Assembly (NCBI GenBank): GCA_001244265.2
Contig: LN717261.1
Span: 496,001-560,000, forward strand
Length of the DNA stretch: 64,000 bases
Source of the DNA: Microbotryum violaceum
Lineage: Eukaryota
Direction: 5' to 3'
Each line of letters begins with the position of its first letter. The stretch's first letter is position 1. Made by a program: the position numbers and the translations under genes. The notes under the pieces were generated by a model. That model did no database searches. It was not told the origin of the DNA and saw only the letters and a program-made list of their open reading frames with translations. Positions 21,917-43,225 of the stretch are shown here, piece after piece.

Positions 21917-24900
21917 TGGATTGTTGAGTTTGGCGGGCACCGTGCACGCGTCTGTCCGTGATGAGGTCGCGAACGAACCATAATTGACTTCATTCAGCTG
22001 CGTCTCACCTCTCCACTCTCCTCGCAGATTGAACGAAGAGGGCGCCACGTCTCCCTTGACTTTAACCTCGACAGCCTGCGTCCTGTCGACTCGCACGAAC
22101 GCTATACGATCTCTCTTGATCAACACTGAGTGCGCTTAGAACTTCCTCACGTAACCGTCTTCCGAGCTCTCGGTTGGACCGACGAGCTCTCGTCTCGACC
22201 GATCTCGGCACCGGCGCCACCAAATTCGCACTGGACTCACAGCAATTTCAGACCAAAGCGAAAGAAATGACTCTCAACTCCTCCCCCATTCGTGGCTCGG
22301 CTAGAACCGCGCACTCAGTCCCTGTCACCGATTCGAACGCCGATCGCCGCGACGAATTCGAATGTCGAGAGGACGACGGCGAGCACGCCGAGAGTGAGCG
22401 TGAAGCAAGCGAGGGTGAGGGCAATGAGCAGGACATGGAAAGTCTTGCTGCACGACGTGAGTCTCTTGTCTTATCTATCCTATCCTCGGACTCGGGGCAA
22501 ACCCGGGACTTAGGCGCGAATTTTTACTGACGGTTGCTGCTCGCCGCCCGCCGTCTGGCCGAGATTCCAGTTCAAGCGTCGAATAACGCGATCATCGCCA
22601 GTTGCACTAGCACATTCAACTTGGCGCCCAAGACAGTCAGTGCATACGAAAAATCGCTCAAATCTTACACCAAATTCATGGCTGAAACGTGGCCCGGTGC
22701 TTGCGTTCGACCAATCGACCCAGATATGGTCTTGAATTTTTTGAGCTCCGAGTCCAAGCGACCCGCGCGCAGATCAGGTACGGGTGCCGATCAAGGCGAG
22801 GACATCGAAGGCACGACCATTGGTGTATCGGTGCTCAAGAATGTGAGTGTTATCTCTCGACTGTGGCCTGTGACTGGCCTCTCAGGCACCTAGCGAAGTG
22901 GGCGTCTATGGATCGCGCCATGCCGGCTTCCTCGCCGTTTATAGCATCTCAACGCCCTCGAACATGTAAGCTCGCATGCCTTTCCCTTCGTACCCGCAAT
23001 GAATCTACTCCCTTAACTAACACATGTTGCTTACTTTTGACGTGCCTTCAGTACCGTGTAATCGATTCAATTGATCGCACAAGCGTTGCGGCCCGTGGCA
23101 AGCTGCGAGATTTTCCCCCCATCGGTAATCTCGAGGCCGGCTGGAAGAAACGCGAGGCCGGTCGAAAGAAGTCCGCCCAGACCAACAAATCGAAGGAACG
23201 GCATCCGACAATGTCACCAAAGAAGAACAACTACAAATCAGTGAACACCTTCTTTGCCAGGGGCCGACCGGTAAGCTGACCGCCGTACACTCGGTGACCC
23301 GGTCGCTTCGCAACCGCGCCATGTGGGCAGTCTCTCTCGCCACGCTATTCCGCGGCGACAACACTCGTGCTCTCGCCTTCTCGGATTTGTCAATGCGAGC
23401 GCTCGAACGACCGGATCACCCGCCGATCAAGACGCTCTACATCGTCGCCGATTCGGGCAAGACGAACAAGGAAGGTCGTCTCGACTACAAGCCCGTTGCC
23501 CGTCATTTCGACCCTCGTATTTGCAATGTCGGCGCGGTCGCCTTCTATATGTGGTTCCGCGATGCGCACACTGGAGGACTCCCATATGGTTCGTTCGAGC
23601 CAGACTTCTCTAAAGGCAGCTCGAAATACGGGTATCGAGAATGGTACAACGTGCCCCTTTTCCCAAGCGCATTTAGCGGCGACGCACAGCTGCAGCTAAT
23701 CTCCTACTCGGGTGAGTCGGCACTATTGGTGCCTGATCGAAGGCAAGAGCTGGCAGTTAGCTCGACTTGCTGAGATCGGTCGGTCGCTGACTGAAATCTT
23801 TGCTCGTCTTCGCTCATGTCTGCGATGGGGATGGGATTTTCAACTCCGCCATCTTCTTCGTCTAGGTCACAACGTTGCCGTTTCGACGTTCCTCAAGGAG
23901 TGTGATGTGCATTCTAGTCACACGACTCATCTCAGTCGCATTGCTGGTGCCCAAATGTCGGCGGAGAGAGGCGCGAATGAAGCCGACACGAAGGCTCTTG
24001 GCGGCTGGAGCGATGGCACCTTCCGCAGCGTCTACCAACATGGCGATCCGACCACCTCCTTCATCGCCCTCGCCGGTTTCAATGGAAAGTTTCCAGAGAG
24101 GTACTACGTGGCTCGTGATATCGAGGCTGGTATGTCTACTCCTTCATCGAGCTTTTCGGTCTGGCAATATTGACCTCTCCGTCCCGTCGCTCTCCCAGAT
24201 GTGCCTGACGATCTTCAACGACTTATCTTCCCATGGGTCGAAGCCGCTTTGGCTGAGTTTGAGGAACGCTTTGAGGCCGACGAGCTCTGTCAAGACAAGG
24301 CGTTGGTCGATCACCTGAAGCTGCTCCAATGGTTCCGACTCGTCATCCTTCAAGATGCGGCGTTTTTGATTTCAGCCTATCCAGATGCACCGATTTTCCA
24401 AGCGCCCCTGTTTCAGTCGGACCGATTTCGAACGTGGGCTTCGCATTTTGTGGCCAGTGTGGAGGGGAATGGCCGCGAAGAAACCGCCCTCAAAGTGGTG
24501 TACGGCGGCCTCCTTGATTCCATCATCGACAGGCTTAGCGCCCAGCAATCCTCGGAGCGCCAATCTGCGACTGCTCACCTTCGCAGCGATAATCATCGAA
24601 TCCTGGAGCTTCTCATCGAACAGCAGAATCAAGGCGGTCACTTTCACGGTCATGTAAGGAAGCGACGACGACCTGAATATGTCCGCGACTTCGATGACTT
24701 CGATGACGATTCCGACGACGACCGTCGTGATTTGTCGAATGCGCACATGTCTGCGCCTACAAGTACGTATCTGCTACGTTCTGCGTGCATCAACTAGTGC
24801 TACTACTACCCAATACTCACTTGTCTTTCCTTTGTATTAGGATATCGAGATACTAGCCGGAGGTCGCACCCACTGCAATCGCCTTCGTCCCCGGTCTTAG

Positions 24901-26545
24901 CTTCGCCCTCGTCGTCTCGAGGAGTACCGGCACCCGGGGCCCATTCCCCCGCCTCGCCGTCCCGGTCTGCCAGTTTCCGAACCCCGTCTTCCCGATCGAC
25001 GAGTTTCCGAACCTCGCCAACCCACCCAGCGATATCTCATACGGCCATGCGCGCAGCTGTCCTACCAGCCGCCGCGGGCAATCGATCGGATCGCATGCGT
25101 GTTGGCCGATCGCTGGCGTACGGACTACCGTCCCATCATGCGACCATGGACGCTCTCTTGCGACCTCCAGCAGGCGACCAGTTGGAGGATGTTGGCCACC
25201 TGCTCGCCGAATACCGACGGGTCAAGCAGAGAAATCCTACATATGTCGATCCGCGAGTCGACGCGCTGGGCCTCGATGATCTTGCCCGGTTCCCCGGCAC
25301 GCTCATAGAATGGAACAGCACCATCACACCCCCCGGATGGCTTCCCGTCGTTAAGTTCAATCCTGCTACGAATGTGGAGGATGTGTATCTCCTCTACGAA
25401 ACGGGTGTGGCAAAGGATGGTGATCGGCGAAACCCCTCGATGCCTTGGCGCGAAATGGAGCGCCGCTTCGGAACTCGCTGGCGCGGTGCGCCAGGTCAAA
25501 CCGCACCCGGTGTCGAATGGACTCGCATAAACAGGGTCCTGAAGTTCATCAACGAGGCCGTGGAAGGAGTTCCATCCTCGACACGGTACCTTACAGCAAC
25601 GAAGTGAGCTCGTTGTGGCAAGCATCAAGACGGCGCTTGCCCCCGCGGACTTCGCAAGGTACCGAAAGTTCTACGAGCACATGCAGAAGAAGGACACGCG
25701 CGAAGTCAATGGAGCGCAACTCAACAACTACGATGCTCTCAAATTGGCGGTCCGAGTCCAGTATCAATAGTGTATGGTGGAGTTGGGCATATTCACATCC
25801 ACAACATGCATCGAGGCTGGCACTTGGTTCGCTTCCGTCGGGGGGCATCGGCCCCTCGCCGATCTGTTCATCTGTTCGACCTCATCTCGCCCCAGCCCTC
25901 CGTTGTTTCTGTTCTTCTGAACCTTCTCTGTCTCTCTTCATCTGTACCCTCTACATTCGGCTGCACTCTGTCGCATTCCGTCCATCGCATTTGTTTATTA
26001 CACGACTCGTGATCCGTTCTGACCTCCCCCCGTTCGCTTCGTTCCCCGGAGCTTCACTCGGTGGCTTCCGGCTCCACTGCCGGAGGCACCTCTTCGGCCC
26101 TACTTTTAATTTCTCTTCTTTAGCCTTCCTTGCGAATGCATCTTCAGTCACTGTCATTTCGTTCGTAAAAATCTTTGCTTGCTCAAGTCAAAATAAGGCC
26201 GGCCTTACAAAACCTCGCGATCTGCGCGAGCTGACGCGGCACCTCATTTTTATTTTGGCCGGAACGAAATTGAGCGAGTATCAAGTCGAGGAGGTGCATA
26301 TAATACACTGATCCCTGTGGAGTACCCTAGATATTAGCCCTCTTTACGAACATAAACCCGTACTCTACATAATCTACTCCATGCCATAGACTTCTCCATC
26401 TGCATTACCCATCGCATATCTCGAGAGGAATTCTCGCTCCGGCGCTTTGAACCAGACCGAGTCTGAATAAATCACATTAGCAGGCTACCCTGCTCGACGT
26501 GATCAGATGTATCCAACATCGAGGATCCTCAACCACGTGGTTTGT
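21916..26545 (+). mobile_element. CryptonF-like tyrosine-recombinase DNA transposon (core boundaries tentative)
   Basis: Contains the YR/GCR1_C gene. Imperfect short direct repeat GTGGATTGT (21916-21924) and GTGGTTTGT (26537-26545) lies at the junctions with the flanking repeats. Confidence 0.6.
22267..25770 (+). CDS. CryptonF-type tyrosine recombinase (NDC10_II-like) with C-terminal GCR1_C-like domain; multi-exon, two apparent 1-nt indels
   Basis: Catalytic set present: LFRGDN (R), GKTN (K), THLSR (HxxR), LGGW (W), FRSVY (Y). Also RH.DPRIC.VGA, LIFPW and VILQDAA. C-terminal NVEDVYLLYETG..PWREMERRFGTRWR. Frame changes near 23195 and 25580. Confidence 0.88.
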
Positions 26546-26602
26546 CTCGTTCTAGAATGTTCTTTGTCTCGACGACGTTTTTTATTCTTTAAGTTTTAAG
26601 GA
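26533..26602 (-). repeat. Inverted copy of the Helitron-like 5' end (partner 26928-27005)
   Basis: Reverse complement TCCTTAAAACTTAAAGAAT..AGACAAACCACGTGG matches 26928-27005 apart from an 8-bp duplication and one substitution. Confidence 0.9.
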
Positions 26603-26606
26603 TATA

Positions 26607-26923
26607 CTGCCCTCACCAGCGGCAAGGCACTCGGGTTGCGATGAATACAGGACTGGAGCAGCTCGAGCTGCTTGCAAAGGAGGGTGTAAAATCGCCACAA
26701 AGGAGTATGCTACCGCCAGCCCAGCCTACGACTAGAGTGTGAGTTGAGTGGGCTGCGGCCAAAACATGCGAGTAAGGGGCCCGGCCTCGCGCGCTGACCC
26801 ACACCGCCCGCATCCGGCTCAGACCCGCCTCAAACAAGGCGGCCCGAGCTCAATACTGGTTTCGAATATTCAGGCTGGCGCTCGCGCAGGCCTGCCCAGT
26901 GCCTTGCCTGACGGTGTTGGCAG
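26607..26923 (-). mobile_element. MITE-like unit with ~28-bp imperfect TIRs, flanked by TATA on both sides
   Basis: CTGCCCTCACCAGCGGCAAGGCACT ... AGTGCCTTGCCTGACGGTGTTGGCAG; TATA at 26603-26606 and 26924-26927. Confidence 0.75.
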
Positions 26924-26927
26924 TATA

Positions 26928-27036
26928 TCCTTAAAACTTAAAGAATTAAAGAATAAAAAACGTCTTCGAGACAAAGAACATTCTAGAACGAGACAAACCA
27001 CGTGGCGTGACGTCATGGCGCGCTTCACCCCACTAG
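26928..27036 (+). mobile_element. Mini Helitron-like element (109 bp)
   Basis: A|TC start, AT-rich 5' end, GC-rich imperfect palindrome near the 3' end, CTAG|T finish. Confidence 0.55.
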
Positions 27037-27058
27037 TCCTACTATATATATATATATA

Positions 27059-30000
27059 TCCTTAAAACTTATAAAATAAAAAACGTCCTGAGACATAGAC
27101 AAACCACGTTGCATGACGTCATAGCAGCTCTCGGCCCAGCGTCCCAGCTAGCTAGGGCTGTTTCAGACCGTTTCGCCTACGTTCGCCTACGTTCGTCGAG
27201 CTTCCATTGAATAGCACGTGACCCTCTGTGTCTCGAAGCAGACTGTTTTGCGTGTCTACCACGTCAACATCAAAGAACGTCAGAGAACGGGAGACAAACC
27301 AGGTGGCGACAGACCGTTCCGTCCACGTTCGCCGAGGTTCCAACGTTCGTCGAGGTTCCATTTCCCATCAAAGCAGCTGGGCACGTGACCCTCTGCTTCG
27401 GGCTTCACTTCACAATGTTCCGCAGCCTTCCGCGACATTCTATGAGTCCGGTTTAAACTGAGGCGCAGGCTTCTCCATCTTTCTCCCTCCTGCTCTTCAC
27501 ACCTTACCCATCGCACCTCATCCCGTCGCCACCTCAAGCTTCCGACATCCGAAGCGGTTGCCGTGGAAGCTCTGCAACGAATACGGAATCAAGAAATGGC
27601 TGCAAGCAACATAGCTACGAATTCGAGTAAGTAACTTCATGGATTGTGCTCTTGCTGTGTTGTTTAGAAGCTAATGGAAAACTACCAAGCAGGAATTCCC
27701 TTTAACACATCCTCTTCGAATGTCAACGCTCGAGTTGTTTCTTCACCGCCAGCTGGTGACACGCATACATGAGTCATCCCTTGACATGGCTGTGCAGTCT
27801 TAGATATGACGGAAAAACTGACACCAAAAACAGACATTGAACGTCAGTGAGACAGCGGAAGGATTGACTTCGTACGGTTGAGAATCCGGGTCATTGGCAC
27901 ACTAAATGTGAGTCTTTACTGCCCTTGCTAGAGATGGACAACAGCAAGAATAATGATAGTTGCACAACGTCTCGGAGGTCTGAAGGCCAGCAACGACGAA
28001 GGCTCGAGCGAGAGCGTTCCGGTCCGGTCCCACACAGTTTTTCGCCGAACCCTGCCTCTACCGCATCAACATCGACGGATCATTTTATTTCCAGAAGATT
28101 TAGGGCACAACAATTGCGGAGACTCCGGGAAAGGCAGCAAATTTGATTCTATCAATCAATCGCCTCCACCTCAGCCAACGCCCAACGTCCCCTCTGTCCC
28201 GGTGGATGTCGCCGCACAGTCAGCAATTGCACTGCTTCCACTGCCGTAAAATCGACTTCATCCAATGGATCCACCACCTGTGAACGTTGCGATCTCTCGA
28301 AGGTCTCAAGATCAGCAAAGACGTCGTCAACAGGAAAGCCTTGAGCGAGAGCGTTCCGTTCCGGTCCTGCACAGTTCTCTGCCCGACCCTCCCCTTTGCC
28401 AAACCACGACGAATCAGTCCATTTTTTTATTTTTATTTAGAAACTGTTCATCATATTGCCCCCAATCCATGTTCCCCCTATTTGGCCTACGGAAAAAACT
28501 AGATGGAAGTCGACGATGATAACACAAACCGCCCGCAAGATGCGAGAAACGGGCCGGTGTCCACCAATCCGATACTTGGGATTCAAGTGCCCGAGCCAAG
28601 CGGTTGCTCCCCCCAGGAGACGAATGAGAGAGAGAAGAAGAGAGAGAGAGAAAGAGAAAGAGTACAAAAATAATTGACTAACGACAAGATTTTTTTATTT
28701 TTTTTGACTGGGGCTCATAAATTGCAATCCTTCGGGTTGGCTGGGACCGCTACAAAAAGAGCTCAAGGAGGTTATAAAGCAACGACGGCAAGCAGTTGGG
28801 TGAAAGTCAAACCCCTGCGCGCAAAGAGCGCTGCGCAGATCAAAACCCGCCGAGCACCTAACGCGGACTCCAACGGGCGGTGAGTACTGCTGCCGCTTCA
28901 CGTCCCAAGAGCGGGAGCAAAGATACTCGAAAACCAGGCAAGAACGCCTAGAGAAAGAAGGGGAGAGTATACAGAAATTCACAACTGGGGATACGGAGAA
29001 CCAGGAATACTAAGACAGAGAGGAGGGGAACACACCCGAGGGGCCAAGGGAGGGGTCGAAGCCGGAGGTAGAGGTCCCCAGGGACTAACAGGCCGCAGCC
29101 AAGCCCCAGCTACTCGTCACCCCGACAGCGCCTGATGTCCTCCCTTGGCTAAATCTTGAGTGCTGGCTGTTGAGCCGTCGGGGCCGAGAGAAAAGCGATC
29201 CAGTACAACGAAACGAGCCTCGCCTTGACGCGAGAATATTGACCAGAAACGAGCGACCTTCCTTCCCGAGCCATGCCGTAGATCTTGACCAACGCGAACG
29301 AACGAACCATTCAACGGAACCCAACACACGGCTTAGGAGTAAAAGGAGAAGTGGCTGAAGCGTAGTCAACAACCGAGCAACAGGAACGAGAAGAGGCAGG
29401 GAAGGGAAAAAGGGGGGAAAGGAGAGGGAAAAACTTCACAAAGCCTCCAACGCAAAGACAATCGACCTGGCTTGCCGATCCATCCAAGAACAAAAAACCG
29501 CTACTGCGCAAAGTAGAGAGAGAGAGGGAGAGGTGCGCAGCCTTCCACTGCGCAACAAGTTCCAAGACAGTCAGCTTCTAAGACCCACCTCCAGGAGATC
29601 AGAAGATAGATGAAAGCAGCGTAGAACCGTAGCCATCTGCAACTGCTGATTCTCAATGTGAGGTCGCGCCGAACCTAGTTTCAATAGGTAAAGGTCGGCA
29701 GTTCGGATCCCGGTGGGTCATTTTTGAAGGATGCTATTTTGCCAGCCGCGGAGAAAAGCCCGAGCAGGACCGGCGCAATGTGTAGCCCTTGGGCCGACCT
29801 AGTTATTTTGATCTCTAATGGCCGTGACGAATGAATGAATGAACGGTGGGGCCATTAGAGATTCATCTAACCATGCTTAGAGTGTCTCTAAGTCTGGTGG
29901 TGGCGGGTGTAAGGCTCGGTTGCCTTACGCTATTTGGCTACCCTTCTGATTTCAATATGCATCTATTGAAATCGTCAGTCTTTTGGACCGTGTAACCTAG
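27059..30000 (+). mobile_element. Non-autonomous Helitron-like element with a decayed spliced ORF
   Basis: Same 5' end family as 26928, after a (TA)n run. Ends CTAG|T at 30000 with upstream hairpins. Internal repeated SRRS.xQQRRR..RER motifs; no Rep or helicase motifs seen. Confidence 0.45.
28558..29569 (-). mobile_element. ~1-kb solo-LTR-like insertion
   Basis: TGTC...GACA termini. Flanks GCCGG and GTCAG could be a TSD decayed by two transitions. The host SRRSE motif resumes after it. Confidence 0.4.
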
Positions 30001-30024
30001 TCGTGAAGGGCCTGGGGTATTACA

Positions 30025-30620
30025 GCCAGGCAGGTGTTGCATGAGAAGTCTACACACTCAAAGTCACTATAGGGCCAATCCAAACCCTCCACCTGGCCAG
30101 AGGCCGCCAGTTTTTTAAGTGTCTGGACAGAGACGTGGCCATAGCGGTGGTGAAGGGTAAGTAAAGGTAGCCTAGTGGACTTGGTGGAGACGAGCGAGGG
30201 TAGCGCACCTTTGCTGCCAGCGTGGACTGAAGCGTTGAGTTTGTAAACGTGGGACACGATGGCTGATGCTGTGGCAACGCACCCTTGCGGCGTGCAGAGC
30301 TCGATGTGTCCGTGTTCGAAGGTGATGCGAACACCTTTGCTGTCGAAGGCCCGGACCGAGATGAGGTTGGTTGGGCTCTTGGGAGCGTAGATCACGTTGT
30401 TGAGGGTGAACTTGGTACCAGCATCGGAGACGAGCTTGACCGAGCCGATTCCCGAGGCCCTCACCGTTCCCCCTAGACCTTGCAGGACTTGCTGGGTAGG
30501 TGAAAGGGGACCGTCAAAGAAGGACACATTGTTGACAATGTGGCGCGCCAACGCCGAGTCCAGCAGAAGGATGTCAGGTTGTCCGATGTTGACAAACGTG
30601 GCAGAAGAAAAGTAGGACAA
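30025..30620 (-). pseudogene. Copia pol fragment (protease and GAG-pre-integrase)
   Basis: [20 protein letters not shown]...[18 protein letters not shown]. Confidence 0.85.
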
Positions 30621-30622
30621 GT

Positions 30623-33600
30623 TATCACGAAGGACAAAGATAGGAGGAACGAGCCGGACGAAGGGGCTCGAGACGAGGGGCGAGGGACGAGGGACAAGTC
30701 GAGAGAGGTTCTAGGGACTTCTCAAGAGAGACGAGGACGAGGGACGAGTGCAAGGATGTGACCTTTGACGAGATTCGAGTTGCAGAAGGGAAAGAGAGAA
30801 GTAAGCTACGGAAAGGGGAACTAGACCAGAGGAGTCGGGGACGAGGTGACGAGCTTGAGGAGGCGAGGCACGAGGATCACGTAATAGTGTTGAGGCTGAG
30901 GATCACGTAATAGAGCTTGGTTGATGATCACGTAAGAGTCGGGGCGAGAGGGTTCTGAGTGTGTAGTTGGAGGAGAAGAAAGCAGTGCAGGTGCCGAAGC
31001 GGGGAGAGGAGGTCCGAGGCGCGGGAAGGCCGAGGTCACGCGGATGACGAGAGTGCTGAGAGGCCGAACTCGGAGTGGCGAGCTTCCATTCGTGACAGTA
31101 CCCCCGGGTTAAGCGTCGAGCTACGCGAGATGTTGGATACGGTCGGCGCCAGGCTTGCGAGGTTTCGAGCGATGAAAGTCGAAAACGAGAGCATCGTCAT
31201 CATCAAAACCGGGAACGTATATCTTGTGGTGTTGTAGGAGGAAGCCATCTTGAAGTGCAAAGTCGGGGTGAAGCGAGGCGTCACGATTGAGATCGTTGAT
31301 GACGCAAAGAGATGCCGGATCATGAAGAAGGCGAGACTTGATCAAGTCAGCGATCTCTGAGGAGGGTGAAAAGGTGGCGGAGATAGAGGATGGACGTAAA
31401 AGCACTACACCGGGTTGTTCACAAGCTTTCCCCCCCGCGGCAAAGTCGGGACGCCGAGAGAGCGCGTCGGCCTTGTTGTTTTGAGCGCCGGGTCGGTACT
31501 TGATGATGTAGTTGAGGTGATTGACCGTTTCGGACCAGCGAGCTTGGCGACCAGTGAGCACTTTGGTCGTCTGGAAGTACTGAAGCGCGTTGTGGTCCGT
31601 GAGGATCGTGATTGGGTGGTGAACTCCTTCGAGGTAGTGTCGCCAAAGTTTCATGCAGGCAACAATGGCGAGGAGTTCCTTGTCGTGGATCTCGTAATTT
31701 TGCTCGGCAGGGGTCATCTTGCGAGAGAAGAACGCAACAGGACGAAGCTGAGAATCGACTGACTGGGAGAGGATTGCGCTGATGGCATAATCAGACGCAT
31801 CGGACTCGATGACGCAGGGAAGCGAAGGTTCGTAGTGACGAAGGACGATGTCGGACGCGAAGAGCGACTTGAGGCGATTGAAGGTGGCGAGGGCCAAGGA
31901 GTCAAAGTCGAAGACGGCACCCTTCTTGAGAAGACGAGTGAGAGGCGAGATGATGCGAGAGTAGCCTTGAATAAAACGCCGGTAGAAGTTGGCGAAGCCG
32001 AGGAACTGTTGCAACTCCTTGAGCGTGGTAAGAGCTGGCCAGGAAGTGATGGAGTCCACCTTCGAAGGAGACATCGAGACACCGTCGGGCGAAATGATGA
32101 AGCCGAGGTACTCAGTCGAGGTCTGGTGGAACTCACACTTCTTCGGGTTGCAGTAGATTCGATTGTCGATGAGGCGACGAAGGACTTCTTGTACATGAAC
32201 GACATGGTCGGAAGGCGAATCCGAGAAGATGAGGATGTCGTCGAGGTAAACGAGCACCGTGACGTCGAGGAGGTCGCGGAAGATGCTGTTCATCAAGTGT
32301 TGAAAGGCAGCAGGGGCGTTAGTGAGACCGAATGGCATGACGAGGCATTCGAAGTGACCGTAGCGTGTGCGAAACGCGGTCTTCCATTCGTCTCCCCCTT
32401 TGATGCGAACGAGGTTGTAGCCGGAGCGCAGATCGAGCTTGGTGAAGATCTTGGCCAAACGAAGTCGGTCGAGCGCCTCCGGGATCAAGGGCAAGGGATA
32501 TCGATTCTTGAGGGTGACCGCGTTGAGTCCCCGGTAATCGACACAGAGGCAGAGCGACCCATCTTTCTTGCGAACAAAGAGAATAGGAGCGCCCGCTGGC
32601 GAAGTCGACGGGCGGATGAACCCCTTCGAGAGGTTCTCGTCGATCCAAGTCGAGAGTGCCTGAAGCTCCTTTTCGGACAGAGGGTAGAGAGGGCCGAAAG
32701 GAGGTTGCTTGCCGTCTTCTATCTCGATGGCGAGATCGAAGGGTCGATGAGGCGGGAGAGTGTCGGCCTGCGCTTTGGAGAAAGCCTGGAGAAGGTGGTG
32801 ATACTCCGAAGGAAGCGCAGATCGCAAGTCATCGAGGTATTCGGCAGAATCAGGTGGACCCACAGGGAAGACTGACGGGGAGGCTTCCTCTGAGGTCGAG
32901 AACAAGTACGAGTGCGCTGGATCGCGATTGATCAGGCCAAGGTAGGGCTCATTGACCAGACTTTGGTCGAAGGCGTCGGAGGAAACGAGGGCGACGTCCA
33001 GAGCGAGGTCGGGCGCCGAATGTACGAGTGGGAGGCCCTGAAAGCTGACATCAACTGAGGTTGGATGTCCAAGAGCGCATTGAGAGCACAAGAAAGTGAG
33101 TGTATTGTCTGCCCAATTGATAGAGGGATTGAAGAGACGTAACCATGGGGTGCCGAGCACCAGCGGGTAGGTACCCAACTGCGTGACATCGGCCTGAATG
33201 ACATGAGAGTGTCCTCCGAGCGTGATCGTGAGGCGAACGAAGTGGGTGACGTGGCCGGACGCAATGGGGCGGCCGTCGATGACGAAGAGTGGGATTGGAG
33301 TCGAGTGGGGGCGGCGGACGAGGCCATGACGAGACACGAAAGAGTCGTCAATGAACAACGAGGTCGCACCTGAGTCGATGAGGGTCGAGCCTGAGATCGG
33401 AGGTTCCAGGCAGAAGTCGAGGGGTAGGACGAGATGATCGAAAGGTTGTGTGTCGAGTGTGGATGCCAGAGTGATGTAAACCGGTGAAGGAGGTGACCGA
33501 GCGATGCCGTGCGCGTGTGTGATGTCCTCGTGCGTACACGAGGGCAGAGGACGCTCTAGTTTTTCGAAGTGCTAGAGGGGGCAGCGGCATCTGTGATGGA

Positions 33601-33850
33601 GAAAGTGGCGTTGCCAGCACGACGTCCTGGATACTTCCTTGGAGCGGCGGGGCAAGAGCTGACCTGGTGGCCACCTTCACCGCAGTAAAGGCAGAGGTTG
33701 TTCTTGAGACGTTGTTCGCGTTCTTGAGGGGTGAGAGGAGCCCTGCGAGTGGTCGTGGCGTCGACGTCCATGGGAGTGGGGCCCTGGGTCGTGCCGTTCG
33801 TGGTGACGCGGGTCGGCGGCGAAGCCGAGTTGCCGCGTTGCTGAGAGTGT
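30623..33850 (-). mobile_element. Ty3/Gypsy fragment: gag knuckle, protease, RT, RNase H; integrase deleted; 3' LTR 30623-31097
   Basis: [73 protein letters not shown] follows a G-run. Confidence 0.9.
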
Positions 33851-33879
33851 TGTGAGTGAGGCTTGGCGGTCGCCTTCGC

Positions 33880-36076
<2,197 letters not shown>

Positions 36077-36079
36077 TAA

Positions 36080-43018
<6,939 letters not shown>

Positions 43019-43225
43019 TAGCGTGTTCGAAACACTGTTTTCCATTTGTTGCCTTTGGCGATCCTGATGAGATTGTAGGCCCTTGAGTTAGATATTGGGC
43101 TGATCCGATGCAGAGCCAAACATGAGGAAAAGACCCAGTTTGGTGCCCGCGGGATCAGGCCTATCAAATTCCATTCACTCGCGCATACGCTGCACAGACC
43201 TCCTTGACCTCTCGCCCCTTCACGC

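Noticed and set aside
22267-25770. Starship captain (DUF3435), DIRS recombinase or host NDC10
   Set aside because: Motifs and the GCR1_C-like tail fit CryptonF; there is no linked RT or large cargo, and the gene sits in a TE island. Domestication is not formally excluded.
28680-28982. LINE-like 3' end with A-rich tail on the minus strand
   Set aside because: No RT or endonuclease motif; better explained as part of the 28558-29569 LTR-like insert.
31835-32875. Long antisense ORFs over pol genes (also 40208-40882, 46470-47564)
   Set aside because: Shadow frames of GC-rich retroelement coding sequence.
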